DNA of 64,000 nucleotides from Armatimonadota bacterium (GCA_963677485.1 OY781964.1:4576001-4640000), one strand, 5' to 3'; counted from the first letter of the stretch, positions 10,314-20,868 are shown. The notes: generated from the letters alone by a model not told the origin. Numbers and translations are program-made.

Positions 10314-10859
10314 TTAGCCCTGCCATTCGGCCTCGTTGTGCTCGGCTACATGGTTCAGATATCGGCTGAGCACAAAAAGAAAGTCGCTAAGCCGGTTCAT
10401 ATATGCTGTGACCGTGGAGATGCCTGTGGTGTTTACTTGCGCGGTATGGATTGCGATTTCTGCACGACGGCATACTGTCCTGCAGACGTGAGTTTGGCTG
10501 GCGGCTGGCGTGCCTCCGGGGAGGATGAAATGCACGAGTGGGGGAAGCTGCAGCTCCATATCATCGATGTTCTTCTCAAGACGGCTTGCGTCGATTTTGT
10601 CCAGGTATTGCGTGTTGCTGGTGCTCAAGTTATGTGAGCTTGAAACCCAGGCTCCGATGCTGAATAAGTCAGACTGACAAAGATGCAGAGAGATCCGCGC
10701 CACATCTGGAATATCAGGCATGCTCAACAGCAATCCGAGGTGTGCGTTGAGTTCGTCCAGACAGCCGCAGGCGGCGATCCGAGCATCAGATTTCGGCACG
10801 CGGAGGCCTGATTGCAGACTGGTGGTTCCGGTGTCGCCTTTACGAGTGTATATTTTCAC
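10314..10859 (-). CDS. PduO-type ATP:cob(I)alamin adenosyltransferase (start moved to GTG 10859)
   Basis: KIYTRKGDTGTT, DELNA, FILPGG, RTVCRRAE, NRLSDFLF; AGGAG RBS before the GTG. Confidence 0.93.
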   Translation of the reverse strand: MKIYTRKGDTGTTSLQSGLRVPKSDARIAACGCLDELNAHLGLLLSMPDIPDVARISLHLCQSDLFSIGAWVSSSHNLSTSNTQYLDKIDASRLEKNIDDMELQLPPLVHFILPGGTPAASQTHVCRTVCRRAEIAIHTAQVNTTGISTVTAYMNRLSDFLFVLSRYLNHVAEHNEAEWQG

Positions 10860-10922
10860 AGTTGTTCTCCTGAGGTGTATACGCATAGTGTATGGAAAAA
10901 CGGGGTAGATGACAACAAACAA

Positions 10923-10950
10923 GCAGGAATCGGCGTCTATAATATAGAAT
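10923..10950 (+). promoter_or_regulatory. SigH-like promoter motif
   Basis: GCAGGAATC...ATAGAAT; AGGA-N18-GAAT fits the B. subtilis sigmaH consensus. Confidence 0.5.
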
Positions 10951-11055
10951 GATACTGAGAATGGATGGCTTAAGTACATCACATTCATTTGCTGCTTGTG
11001 TTGCATTCGCACTCGGATACAATAAGAATAGCAGACCGCTACTATCGGAGGAGTT

Positions 11056-12609
11056 ATGATTACTAACCGGCGTTTGGTTTACATTGCAGCCGTTGCATGT
11101 ATGATTGCAGCCCTGAGCAGCCTTAGTGCAGCGCAGGATGTTACTGGATATCGTGGAGGAGTAGAGCACAACAGCTACTACGGAAACTCTGTAAAACTAC
11201 CACTTATACCTGTGTGGGCTGTGACCAGTACCTACACGCCCTCAAACACATCCACTCCTGTGATGGCCGGTGGTGCCACATATCTTGTGGCGAAAGATCG
11301 ACTTATTGCAGTAGATACCGCCAGCGGAGCGGAGTTGTGGAAATTCCTTGGGCCTACCGATACCAAAGTGCAGCTCAGCGGCACTCCAACAGTGGCTGGA
11401 GACCGTATCTACATCGGATCAGCCAGGGGCACACTGTATGCCATTGCGACCTCCGGTGAGAACATGGGAAATATGCTGTGGGGCTTCAAAACTCAAGGCT
11501 CTATTCCTGGCCACATTTCGGCCTACGCTGGGAACCTGTATTTTGGATCTACCGATGGTTTCCTGTATTCGGTTGATGGAGCGTCCGGTACGGCCTCTTG
11601 GAAACAGCCTTGCGAAATCGGTGATGCTATCATCGGTGGTGTCGTGGCGACAGAAGACAAACTCTTCTTTGTGGCTGAGAACCAGAACATATACGGTGTC
11701 ACCCGTGCCTCAGGTAGTGTTCGTTGGAAAAGCGTGGTGACTGGCGTGCAGAGCGGGGTCACACCTGCTTATGCCGATGGTAACCTGTATGTTACGATGG
11801 ATGACTCTATCGTAGCTCTTCACCCTGAAACTGGTAGATTGAAGTGGAGAAAGTCCGCTGCCAATATATTGGTCGGTAATGTCGCCGCAGGCAACAACAA
11901 AGCCGTGGTAGTTGACGAATTGGGAAATGTCACCTGCTGGGACGCTAACGGCGTAAGGTTGTGGACAACACCGAAGCCTGTGTTTAACACAAAACCAGCC
12001 TCTGGTGCCACCATCATGGGTGATTACGTGCTTGTTGCCGGTTCTCAAGGTGGGATAATTGCCCTCAACTCCGATACAGGTGAGCGAGTATGGCAGTTCC
12101 GTATGATCAACCAGCCCACCGGCCAAAAAGTCACGGGTGAAGTAAATATGGGCTTTACAGCCAGCCCTGTGATATCGAATGGCACTATGGTCGTCGCTAC
12201 CGATTTCGGTGGTGGCGTAGCCTTCAGGACAGACGGTACCGATTCGGTTGCCCCAGTGGTTAAAGAGCTGGCACCAACACGAGGTGCTGTTGTGTCAGGC
12301 CTCACGGAATTGAAGATCAAGGCTACCGTGTGGGACATGATATCTGGCGTGAATCCACAAAGCATAAAACTGACCATCGATGACCAGTCTGTCGAATATG
12401 ACTATGACGACATCACGGGCATACTGACATATCCCGCTAAGCCGAAGGACAACTCGAGCGCAGGCAAACCTGCTAAGGCTGAGGCTGCTAAAACGGTGAA
12501 AGCGGTGTCAGCGGGTCGGCATAACATCATCGTCTCTGTCAAAGACTGGGCGGGTAATCTCGAAGATTATTCCTGGGGTTACTTCGTGAGCAACACCTCT
12601 GCAAAATGA
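11056..12609 (+). CDS. Secreted PQQ-like beta-propeller (BamB-like) protein with C-terminal Ig-like domain
   Basis: Signal peptide; repeated AxDxxxGxxxW blades; C-terminal GRHNIIVSVKDWAGN. Confidence 0.85.
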   Translation: MITNRRLVYIAAVACMIAALSSLSAAQDVTGYRGGVEHNSYYGNSVKLPLIPVWAVTSTYTPSNTSTPVMAGGATYLVAKDRLIAVDTASGAELWKFLGPTDTKVQLSGTPTVAGDRIYIGSARGTLYAIATSGENMGNMLWGFKTQGSIPGHISAYAGNLYFGSTDGFLYSVDGASGTASWKQPCEIGDAIIGGVVATEDKLFFVAENQNIYGVTRASGSVRWKSVVTGVQSGVTPAYADGNLYVTMDDSIVALHPETGRLKWRKSAANILVGNVAAGNNKAVVVDELGNVTCWDANGVRLWTTPKPVFNTKPASGATIMGDYVLVAGSQGGIIALNSDTGERVWQFRMINQPTGQKVTGEVNMGFTASPVISNGTMVVATDFGGGVAFRTDGTDSVAPVVKELAPTRGAVVSGLTELKIKATVWDMISGVNPQSIKLTIDDQSVEYDYDDITGILTYPAKPKDNSSAGKPAKAEAAKTVKAVSAGRHNIIVSVKDWAGNLEDYSWGYFVSNTSAK

Positions 12610-13706
12610 GCACGCTCGAATTTGAGCTAGATGAGCGCACCAACGTGCTGCTCCGGCTCAGTAGTTGCGAGCTGCCATCAAGACGTGCGGCGGACCTCAT
12701 GCGGAGGTTCGCCGCCGATTTATCGGGTATCTTCACTGCGGGTGATGAAGAACTTCAACCTGATGAAGGCCGTCTTCCATCCGCAGTCCTCGATCGCATC
12801 CGAAGCAGCAAGTGGCCTGATGAAGCCATGCAGCGGCGGTTCATCCACAGCGGTGCGAAGATCGTCACCTTCATGGATTCTGCCTATCCCAAGCGTCTGC
12901 TCGATACTTACGATTACCCACCTATACTCTATGTCAGGGGTGATATTTCCGATAACGACCGGTTTAGTATCGCCGTGGTTGGAACACGTAAGGGCAGCAG
13001 TTACGGTAAAGCTGTGTCAGAGAATCTCTGTAGAGAGCTGGCTCATCATGGATTGACCATTATCAGCGGAGGTGCGCGTGGGATTGACATCGCAGGGCAT
13101 ATCGGCGCGCTGCGTGGCGGGGGTAGAACCATCTGTGTTCTTGGTTGTGGTGTTGATGTGGCCTACCCACTGGAAGCCGAACCACTATTTGACCAGATCG
13201 CATCCCAAGGCGCATTGGTATCTGAGTATATTCCCGGAACGAAGCCTGATGCCTGGCGGTTTCCGGCTCGCAACCGCATTGTGGCTGGCATGGCGATGGG
13301 AGTGCTGGTTATAGAGGCCCCAGAGGCCAGTGGGGCTATGATTACAGTAAACTACGCAGCCGAACAGGGGAAGCAAGTCTTTGCAGTGCCTGGGAGCATT
13401 CAAAGTGCAAATAGCAAGGGCTGCCATAAACTGCTGAAGGATGGAGCCACTTTGGTGGACAGTGCTGATGACGTGCTGCAGGCATACGGTATCAACAGTA
13501 ACATCAACAAGCAAGACCAACCTAAAAGCTTGAACGAACGCCAAAGCACAATCTGCAGCCAACTCAGCCTGGAACCCGTGCATATAGATCAGCTTGCCAC
13601 TTTATGCAATATGGATGTGTCGGACTTAATGGCCGAGTTACTGATGATGGAAGTGAACAATCTGGTTCGGAGACAGCCCGGTAACACCTACGTGATCGTG
13701 CCGTAG
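12606..13706 (+). CDS. dprA: DNA-processing protein DprA
   Basis: YPPILYVRG, AVVGTR, ISGGARGID, FPARNRIVAG, SGAMIT, VFAVPG, C-terminal winged helix. Confidence 0.95.
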   Translation: MSTLEFELDERTNVLLRLSSCELPSRRAADLMRRFAADLSGIFTAGDEELQPDEGRLPSAVLDRIRSSKWPDEAMQRRFIHSGAKIVTFMDSAYPKRLLDTYDYPPILYVRGDISDNDRFSIAVVGTRKGSSYGKAVSENLCRELAHHGLTIISGGARGIDIAGHIGALRGGGRTICVLGCGVDVAYPLEAEPLFDQIASQGALVSEYIPGTKPDAWRFPARNRIVAGMAMGVLVIEAPEASGAMITVNYAAEQGKQVFAVPGSIQSANSKGCHKLLKDGATLVDSADDVLQAYGINSNINKQDQPKSLNERQSTICSQLSLEPVHIDQLATLCNMDVSDLMAELLMMEVNNLVRRQPGNTYVIVP

Positions 13707-13710
13707 TCGA

Positions 13711-14031
13711 CTAGAATTTCAACAAGATATCATGCGGCAGGTAGTAGTGCGCCGAAAACTCAGCGGGTTTGACTACGATGAGTGCAGGCGGAATATTTTC
13801 AAAGAACATGTCCGCAATCCGCTTTGCATCTAGGATATCTATTGTCGATCCATCTAGTCGGACGATTTCGAGATGCAGAAGGTCATCTTCACCCTCGAAT
13901 TGCACCTTGAAGTCTCCAATAGTGGTGGCATAACGATCCGACCCATCCAGCCGAATCATGATGTTTTTCACCGTATCGTCGCGCAGGTTCTGCAATATCC
14001 GCGACACCTCGAGATTGGTATTATCTGTCAT
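13711..14031 (-). CDS. Hypothetical protein
   Basis: 106-aa ORF overlapping the birA 3' end, with an AGGAG RBS; no family recognised. Confidence 0.7.
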   Translation of the reverse strand: MTDNTNLEVSRILQNLRDDTVKNIMIRLDGSDRYATTIGDFKVQFEGEDDLLHLEIVRLDGSTIDILDAKRIADMFFENIPPALIVVKPAEFSAHYYLPHDILLKF

Positions 14032-14785
14032 AGGAATCTCCTGTCTCTTGATCTATGTTTTGTATGGTAACCCATGATTTATGCAATGGTACGGCAGAGC
14101 TGATAGCTTCAAGTCTTCCTGACCTTTGTATTAGCAGGTGACCGTGGTGGTCAACACCTGTCGCTGCGACCATCTCGCCGCCTGGCAATGTGTATTGAAC
14201 CCCTGATGTGCAACTGAAGCTGCTCCAGGATTCGATTACCTGGGATAGCGATATGCGTCTGGCCCAGAGAATACGCTGCAGAAGGGCAGATGACATAGCA
14301 TGAACCGCTATTATGATATCATATGGCATACGATAACCTAATTGGCTGAGAGACACTGCACGCTGATTCAACCCCAAAGGCCATTCCGTTTGTTGAAGGT
14401 TGACACCAATTCCTATGCAATAACTCCCGCGGGCGATTTGCTCGATGAGTATACCCGCCAGTTTTCGATGGCCGACAATGACATCATTTGGCCACAGAAA
14501 TCCACATCTCAGGCCACACATATTATGTATGAAGTCACCTACTGCCAATGCAGAAGCGAAGGGAAGCTTATGCATCAGACTGCTATCTCCATCGGCAGGA
14601 ACGCTTAGCATGAGGCTGTCCCCAACTGCGGATATCCATTTGTTTCCATAGCGTCCTCGGCCTGAAGTTTGCTCAAGGCAACATACCGCAGCTGGAGGGA
14701 GCCCCAACGCACTGCGCTGTTTCATTACGTCCATTGTGGATGTTGCCGATGGGAGCAGAATCAAAGGCAGCGGCGATTTATCCAT
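14021..14785 (-). CDS. birA: Biotin-[acetyl-CoA carboxylase] ligase (class I, no HTH)
   Basis: STMD, QTSGRGRYG.KW, WPND, KLAGILIE, GIGVN. Confidence 0.9.
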   Translation of the reverse strand: MDKSPLPLILLPSATSTMDVMKQRSALGLPPAAVCCLEQTSGRGRYGNKWISAVGDSLMLSVPADGDSSLMHKLPFASALAVGDFIHNMCGLRCGFLWPNDVIVGHRKLAGILIEQIARGSYCIGIGVNLQQTEWPLGLNQRAVSLSQLGYRMPYDIIIAVHAMSSALLQRILWARRISLSQVIESWSSFSCTSGVQYTLPGGEMVAATGVDHHGHLLIQRSGRLEAISSAVPLHKSWVTIQNIDQETGDSYDR

Positions 14786-15971
14786 CTTTCGCCGGTTGAC
14801 GATTTATGAGGTACTGTCCATACATCATTGCTGTGGCAATGATTAGCAGATAGTCATACGGTGCTCGAAACCGCAAACGGGGGAAAAACAGACTATGGAA
14901 GACCGCTGCTAGAAGATAGACCGCTATCAGCATTTTTGTTTCAGAGGTGAGGTCTCTTTTCATAAACAATAGGGCGACGCACGTTAATAGAAGCACATAG
15001 TAAGATATGGCGACTGCGACCGAAGCTAGCTTCTGTGATTTGACCTTAGTGTATAAGTCGTCACGGAAAGAAAAGAACTGAAGGAATTTGCCTGCAGTTA
15101 GGGTAGCGTAACGCTTATAGTCTGATCTGACATAGTTCAAGGCCCGGCGTCCAAACGCTCGGTCAACTTCAACCTCATTTAGCCTTCTATTGGACCCGAG
15201 TGCAGCATACTGACGCTTCATATCAACATTCGTGCCTGTCCTTGGCGTGGCGTCAGGAACCACACCGATCAAGAAGTTAACCCCACCGTTTGTCGATATG
15301 GCTGGTGCATGAAACACAACCGTGTTACGAATGATCCATGGACTGATAGCCAGCAAGCAGATCAGGCATGATAGATATACTTTAGGCCTTTCAGAGCGTG
15401 ACTTGTACCATATCCATAGCATGAAACATGCAGGGACCAACGCCATACCCGGAACAGTTAATATGAGCAGCGCAGAGAAAAGCCCAAACCAAATGCTGTT
15501 TCTGAAAGAGATTTTTCGCATCGCGATATATAAGAGAGCGAGAAGGTAGGTCGCACTGATGGCTTGCGGATACAAAAACAGGCTCGTGGTGACTATCAGC
15601 GGGTAGATAGCAGCATATATGCCTGCAGCTTGGGCGATCTTGGTGGTATACTTCAGAATAACGATTTTCATGACAAGAACCACATTGATGATACATAACA
15701 GTGCATTGCACCATCGGCATAACATGATGCTGAGCCCCGCACTGCGCAACAATGATAAAAACAGTGGGTATCCGATGGGGCGGTAGGCTGTGAGGTTCAC
15801 ACCATCGCTTGAATAGATACCTTTGTGAATCAGATTGTCAGCCAGAGCGATATAGATCTTCTCATCAAAAAACATTGGCTGATGCAACAGTAATAACCCT
15901 AATATCACTATCGATATCATGCACAAGACAACAGGCAATAACAATTGTTTTTTACTGATCATATTCGGCAC
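14778..15971 (-). CDS. GT-C superfamily (ArnT/PMT-like) membrane glycosyltransferase
   Basis: DE motif after TM1, AYRPIGYPLFL, PWIIRN, STNGG.NF, RFRAP; many TM helices. Confidence 0.8.
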   Translation of the reverse strand: MPNMISKKQLLLPVVLCMISIVILGLLLLHQPMFFDEKIYIALADNLIHKGIYSSDGVNLTAYRPIGYPLFLSLLRSAGLSIMLCRWCNALLCIINVVLVMKIVILKYTTKIAQAAGIYAAIYPLIVTTSLFLYPQAISATYLLALLYIAMRKISFRNSIWFGLFSALLILTVPGMALVPACFMLWIWYKSRSERPKVYLSCLICLLAISPWIIRNTVVFHAPAISTNGGVNFLIGVVPDATPRTGTNVDMKRQYAALGSNRRLNEVEVDRAFGRRALNYVRSDYKRYATLTAGKFLQFFSFRDDLYTKVKSQKLASVAVAISYYVLLLTCVALLFMKRDLTSETKMLIAVYLLAAVFHSLFFPRLRFRAPYDYLLIIATAMMYGQYLINRQPAKDG

Positions 15972-16063
15972 TATACACCCGGTTTTGTTGGGATTTGATC
16001 ATTTGTATCATAATGCATATTGTGACACAATGCAAATGGATTATGTGTGGTCGTAAGTGGAGG

Positions 16064-17143
16064 ATGATTCGATTTATGAGGAGTTTAGCTCTTCCAAAAT
16101 TGGTGTGGGCGGGTATGATATACGTTGCGATTATTGTATCTCTGTTGTTTGTGGCCAGAGGTATGAATGGATATGAACGAGCAAACTTCGGGGATCTGGT
16201 GTATGGACGCTCATGGAAGCCGTATTGTTATCGCACTCTAGTGCCTCTAGTCGTAAGGTCTATCACCTCAGCCATCCCTGCATCGGTGAGACAAAGCATA
16301 GAGCGCAGGGCGAATGACCGGCTGAACCAGCTACATCGAAGCCAGAGGGTCCGGCTTTGGTTCGAAGGCCTCCAGTGGGACCGGCACTACATAGTCGAGC
16401 ACTTTGTGAGTGTGTTTGTGGTTTTCTGCTGCGTTTTAGCATATATGATTCTTATACTGAAAATATGTGACTATTGGATTGATATGGACCAAACAGTCAG
16501 ATGCATTACGCCCGTTCTAGCGGGATTACTGCTGCCCTTGCATTTCAACTACTATAGTTACCTGTATGACCCCGGAACCTGGGTGGTCTTTCCTTTGGCT
16601 GTGTTATTTATCAGCCGTAAACAATGGTGGCCTCTGTTGTTGTTGTTCCCAATTGCTGTGCTTCAAAAAGAAACAGCCATATTGCTTGTTTTGTTGTGGA
16701 TGATCCGGGTACGCAGTATTCAGCAACCACTTAAGGTGAGCGGAGCGCAGGTTGCGGTGATGCTCTGCGTGTACATAGCTGTAAAAGCTGTGATCACCCA
16801 TATCTTTATCCATAATAGGGGATCATTTGTTGAGGTTCACCTGTTTGATCACAGTTTACCAATGGTCGTTCATCAACCTGTTGTGTTTTTGAGCGTTGTG
16901 GCTGGTATCGCGGTAATAGTAGCCCTAATTCGTTCGTTACGTTTCGAAGCACCTGGTTTCTTGCTATTAGGGTTTGGTCTCTGCTTCGCTGCCCAATTTG
17001 GATTGGCCATCTTTTTAGGGTTTGTTGATGAACTTCGAGGTTACTACGAGTTGCTGCCACTCATAATGCCCTTAGTGGTGGTGGTCATTGTGAGAAGCAT
17101 GGGGCTAAAAGCGAATTTCAAGGTTAGTAAAATGGCTGGCTAG
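16064..17143 (+). CDS. Polytopic membrane protein, probable GT-C-like (start 16064 or 16076)
   Basis: PYCYRTLVP, YDP, KET, ELRGYYE motifs across about 9 TM helices; GGAGG upstream. Confidence 0.65.
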   Translation: MIRFMRSLALPKLVWAGMIYVAIIVSLLFVARGMNGYERANFGDLVYGRSWKPYCYRTLVPLVVRSITSAIPASVRQSIERRANDRLNQLHRSQRVRLWFEGLQWDRHYIVEHFVSVFVVFCCVLAYMILILKICDYWIDMDQTVRCITPVLAGLLLPLHFNYYSYLYDPGTWVVFPLAVLFISRKQWWPLLLLFPIAVLQKETAILLVLLWMIRVRSIQQPLKVSGAQVAVMLCVYIAVKAVITHIFIHNRGSFVEVHLFDHSLPMVVHQPVVFLSVVAGIAVIVALIRSLRFEAPGFLLLGFGLCFAAQFGLAIFLGFVDELRGYYELLPLIMPLVVVVIVRSMGLKANFKVSKMAG

Positions 17144-17210
17144 CCATTATAATAGTGGATGTGAATAGAATAATGACCGATCACCTGACCTCAACCACAC
17201 GGAGGCTAAG

Positions 17211-18077
17211 ATGACCGCTACGATAGTTAGTTGGATCCGCAAAAATAGGTATTACACGCTGTCGGCTGTCGTGGTGCTGTTGCTGGTCTGGTTCTCATAC
17301 GACAACACATTTAGATATTGGTGGCGTATATGGGGCGATAAAGACGGATACTACAGTCATGGGTATCTCGTACCGTTTTTAGCAGGATACATCATCTATC
17401 TATGCAAAGACAAGCTCACAACAACCAACATGAAACCCAGTTTATGGGGGCTGCCATGGGTCATCGTTGCGGTTGGCTTAGTGGCTATATCTAAGCTTTC
17501 GCATTCATCGGCCATCGCCTCTCTCTCTATGCTGTTTTTAGCCACAGGATCAGTGTTGATGCTGTTTGGACGAAAATGGATGCGGATACTCTGGTTCCCA
17601 ATCCTATACTGCGGATTGATGGTACCGCTGCCCAACACCTTGTTTGATGAAGTCTCCTATCCTATCCAACAACTGTCGACAGAGGTTGCTGCCCGTATTT
17701 TAAGTGTAATATACGACGTGACACGTCAGGGGATACTCATATCTCTACCCGGATATGAGCTACTGGTGGGGGCACCCTGCAGCGGTTTCAAAATCGGCAT
17801 CTCAATGCTCACTTTCGCTACATTCTTTGCTATATATACAGGTTTGCCTAAATGGAAGCAGCTGATGCTGGTAGTCATTAGTCAGCCATTGGCGTTGCTT
17901 ATTAACGGCATCCGTATAGCTGCTATCGGCGTGGCCGGCGTAAAGTGGGGAAGCGATGTAGCTGATCAAGTGCATAACTATGGTGGATATGTGGTGATCA
18001 TTCTGGCATTAGCTGTGTTATTTGTGATTGGGAGGTGGTTTGGATGGCAGAACGAAGTATCACCGAAAAAGGGTTAA
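17211..18077 (+). CDS. Exosortase/archaeosortase family protein
   Basis: YSHGYLVP, catalytic triad PCSG / NGIR / H; about 8 TM helices. Confidence 0.9.
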   Translation: MTATIVSWIRKNRYYTLSAVVVLLLVWFSYDNTFRYWWRIWGDKDGYYSHGYLVPFLAGYIIYLCKDKLTTTNMKPSLWGLPWVIVAVGLVAISKLSHSSAIASLSMLFLATGSVLMLFGRKWMRILWFPILYCGLMVPLPNTLFDEVSYPIQQLSTEVAARILSVIYDVTRQGILISLPGYELLVGAPCSGFKIGISMLTFATFFAIYTGLPKWKQLMLVVISQPLALLINGIRIAAIGVAGVKWGSDVADQVHNYGGYVVIILALAVLFVIGRWFGWQNEVSPKKG

Positions 18078-18712
18078 GACGTAATCTTGTCGTATTATTG
18101 GTTTGCTTGATATCTGCGATGTTATTCAACAAGCTGCTGCCTTCATGGCAGTCTGTCAAGGTCGATAGTATTAAGCCTGAGCTATTCCCGGTCATTGTGG
18201 GCGATTGGGTGGGGCACGACACTGATATTCCAGATGATGTGATGAAGTGGTTGAACCCGGATGCGGTTCTCTCACGACGCTATATCAACTCCGCAGGCGA
18301 CACTGTGGATTTCATGGTCATCGCTGGCAGCAGTATGGAATCATTCCATGATCCGCACCTTTGCTTCCCCTCACAAGGGTTTACCATTTTCAGTGAAGAT
18401 CCCATCAAGTATAACGTGATGGCTGATCATCCCGTCAGTGCTTTCGAACTGCAATTTACTAACCGCAGTGAAGGTGTACATGGACGCAGTATCTACTGGT
18501 ACCGTACCCCGTATGGCACGACTCGTTCCATAGGTCTGCTGCGTGTTAGCCTGGGTGCCAGCCGGTTGTTCGGCACCGCTCAAAAGCAAGGATTCTTCAT
18601 CCGGATGATCTCTATGGCGCCCATTGATCAACCTCTGCCGCAAAAGTCTATAGATGAGTTGACTGAGGCCTTTTTCTCGGTCGTTCAGAAAAAGATGCCG
18701 GAGATATTCTAG
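18044..18712 (+). CDS. Exosortase-associated EpsI family protein
   Basis: FP..VGDWVG, L.PD.VLSRRY, HDPHLCFPSQG, YWY; overlaps the exosortase 3' end. Confidence 0.85.
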   Translation: MAERSITEKGLRRNLVVLLVCLISAMLFNKLLPSWQSVKVDSIKPELFPVIVGDWVGHDTDIPDDVMKWLNPDAVLSRRYINSAGDTVDFMVIAGSSMESFHDPHLCFPSQGFTIFSEDPIKYNVMADHPVSAFELQFTNRSEGVHGRSIYWYRTPYGTTRSIGLLRVSLGASRLFGTAQKQGFFIRMISMAPIDQPLPQKSIDELTEAFFSVVQKKMPEIF

Positions 18713-18717
18713 AGGCG

Positions 18718-19800
18718 ATGCAGATCGCCTTTGTGTTACCGAAACTAGCTGTCGGTGGAGCGGAACGGGTCACCCTTTCGCTCATGAACATGCTGGCCGC
18801 TCGAGGGCATGATGTCTCGGTCATCACATTCTGGTCGTCTGGGTCATTGGCCACACTGCTGGATCCAAGGGTCAAGACCGTTGCGCTAGAAGTGAAGCGC
18901 AGCTATCAAGCCTCCAGCATGCTGGCTCAGGCATGGAAGGCGATAGCCCCTGATATAGTGCTGTCTGCTCTGAATACCGCCAACGCGGTCTGCTGTCACG
19001 CAAAGACTACCCACCGGCTCGAAACACCGCTGATCTGCGCCATTCATGCCAGGCTGTATGGAGAGGTGACAGGGCTCCCAGTGATCAGGCAGCGGATATG
19101 GGCTCAGATTACTCGTCGATACATTAAAGCTGCTGATATTATCACAACCCCATCGGAGGGAGTGACCGAGGAAGCCCGCCGATATTTCAAGGGTGCTGAT
19201 GTGCGGACGATGCATAACGCCGTGATCTCACGAGAGAAATCAAAAGAGCCGCCTCACCGCCGCGATCGCAAACAGATTCTGTGGCTTGGGCGCCTTACTC
19301 CGCCTAAAAACCCCCAATTAGTCATCAACGCATTCGCTCAATATGCCCGCCAACTAGACTGGAGGCTACAGATAGCGGGAGATGGTCCGTTGAAGGGCTC
19401 ACTGGTCAACCTCGTGGCAAAGCTGGGGGTTAGCGACAGAGTGTCAATGCTGGGCGAAGTGGCTGATCCTGGTGATTTGCTGTCAAAGGCTGGTTGTTTG
19501 GTGTTTGCTTCCCGCTCTGAAGCATTGCCAACCGTGATCATAGAGGCGATACAGTGCGGTATTCCGGTCGTGGCGACGGATACGCCTTGTGGGGTCAAAG
19601 AGCTGTTAATAGGGGCCAACTATGGATATCTGGTGCCTTTGAACGACCCAGGCACAATGGCGGATGCCATCAAGCGGGCCTTGCCAACCAACCCAGCCGT
19701 TCCAAATGCATTTCTGTCCCGATATGAGCCAGAGACGGTGTGCCGCCGGTATGAAGAACTATTTGACGAGGTTGTGAAAAAAAAGGCTTCAGGAGTTTGA
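18718..19800 (+). CDS. GT4 family glycosyltransferase
   Basis: GGAERV, GRL...KN, GDGP, SRSEALPTVIIEA. Confidence 0.92.
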   Translation: MQIAFVLPKLAVGGAERVTLSLMNMLAARGHDVSVITFWSSGSLATLLDPRVKTVALEVKRSYQASSMLAQAWKAIAPDIVLSALNTANAVCCHAKTTHRLETPLICAIHARLYGEVTGLPVIRQRIWAQITRRYIKAADIITTPSEGVTEEARRYFKGADVRTMHNAVISREKSKEPPHRRDRKQILWLGRLTPPKNPQLVINAFAQYARQLDWRLQIAGDGPLKGSLVNLVAKLGVSDRVSMLGEVADPGDLLSKAGCLVFASRSEALPTVIIEAIQCGIPVVATDTPCGVKELLIGANYGYLVPLNDPGTMADAIKRALPTNPAVPNAFLSRYEPETVCRRYEELFDEVVKKKASGV

Positions 19801-19832
19801 ACTTCTGAAGCCGAAGAGTAAGACAGACTGGT

Positions 19833-20723
19833 TTACCAGCCTCGTTTTGCCAGCCGTTCATTTTCTGGGATGTCTGAGCAGTTAATACCCACCATAGGCT
19901 CACCAAGGTCTTCCGATATTTCAACCAAAATCTTGGGGTCATTGTAGTGTGTGACTGCCTGAACGATGGCCTTAGCCCGTTTCAGTGGATCGCCCGACTT
20001 GAAGATGCCTGATCCGACAAATACAGCTTGTGCACCAAGCTTCATCATCAGAGCAGCATCTGCAGGTGTAGCTACGCCACCGGCTGAGAAGTTAGGTACG
20101 GGCAGTTTACCGGTTTTGTGTACCTCGAGAACCAGCTCGTACGGAGCCTGCAAATCTTTAGCGGCGGTCATGAGCTCTTCAATCCGCATCCCCTGGATAC
20201 GCCTGATATCGCCCATCACAGTGCGCATATGGCGGACTGCCTCAATCACATCACCGGTGCCTGCTTCACCCTTAGTTCGAATCATGGCAGCACCTTCACC
20301 ACAACGGCGGAGTGCTTCACCAAGGTTGCGGCAACCGCAGACAAAGGGCACTTTGAAATCATGTTTGTAAATGTGATACTGCTCATCTGCGGGGGTGAGA
20401 ACTTCGGATTCATCCACGAAGTCAACGCCGAGTTGCTGCAGAATTTCAGCCTCTACGAAATGCCCAATACGACACTTCGCCATCACAGGAATTGAAGCGA
20501 CCTTCATGATCGACTTGATGATTTTGGGATCCGTCATGCGAGCTACGCCGCCTTGGACACGGATGTCGGCGGGAACTCTTTCCAGCGCCATCACTGCGGA
20601 TGCGCCAGCTTCTTCGGCGATGGCCGCCTGCTCAGCATTCGTGACGTCCATAATGACCCCACCTTTGAGCATTTCTGCCAGTCCGATTTTCGTACGCCAG
20701 GTTGAAGTTTGTGTATCGCTCAT
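19833..20723 (-). CDS. pdxS: Pyridoxal 5'-phosphate synthase lyase subunit
   Basis: [44 protein letters not shown], ends RGW. Confidence 0.98.
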   Translation of the reverse strand: MSDTQTSTWRTKIGLAEMLKGGVIMDVTNAEQAAIAEEAGASAVMALERVPADIRVQGGVARMTDPKIIKSIMKVASIPVMAKCRIGHFVEAEILQQLGVDFVDESEVLTPADEQYHIYKHDFKVPFVCGCRNLGEALRRCGEGAAMIRTKGEAGTGDVIEAVRHMRTVMGDIRRIQGMRIEELMTAAKDLQAPYELVLEVHKTGKLPVPNFSAGGVATPADAALMMKLGAQAVFVGSGIFKSGDPLKRAKAIVQAVTHYNDPKILVEISEDLGEPMVGINCSDIPENERLAKRGW

Positions 20724-20770
20724 GCTTATCATTGCCTCTGTATTCTTGTCAATCGGTGTCGTTCAATTCC

Positions 20771-20799
20771 ATTATACTTTGCTTATCAATTTGAGGCAA
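20771..20799 (-). promoter_or_regulatory. Putative sigma70 promoter of pdxS
   Basis: TTGCCT-N17-TATAAT on the minus strand. Confidence 0.6.
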
Positions 20800-20868
20800 A
20801 ATCATGGGTTGATGCCAGCAGCGAGTGGGGTGTCCTTACGAGACACCCCTTCACCCCTCATTGATCGA

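Noticed and set aside
10860-11055. Cobalamin riboswitch upstream of the adenosyltransferase
   Set aside because: No B12-box or GGGAA..GGTG.AA.TCC consensus seen. The ORF-track N-terminal extension to 11012 is also judged spurious.
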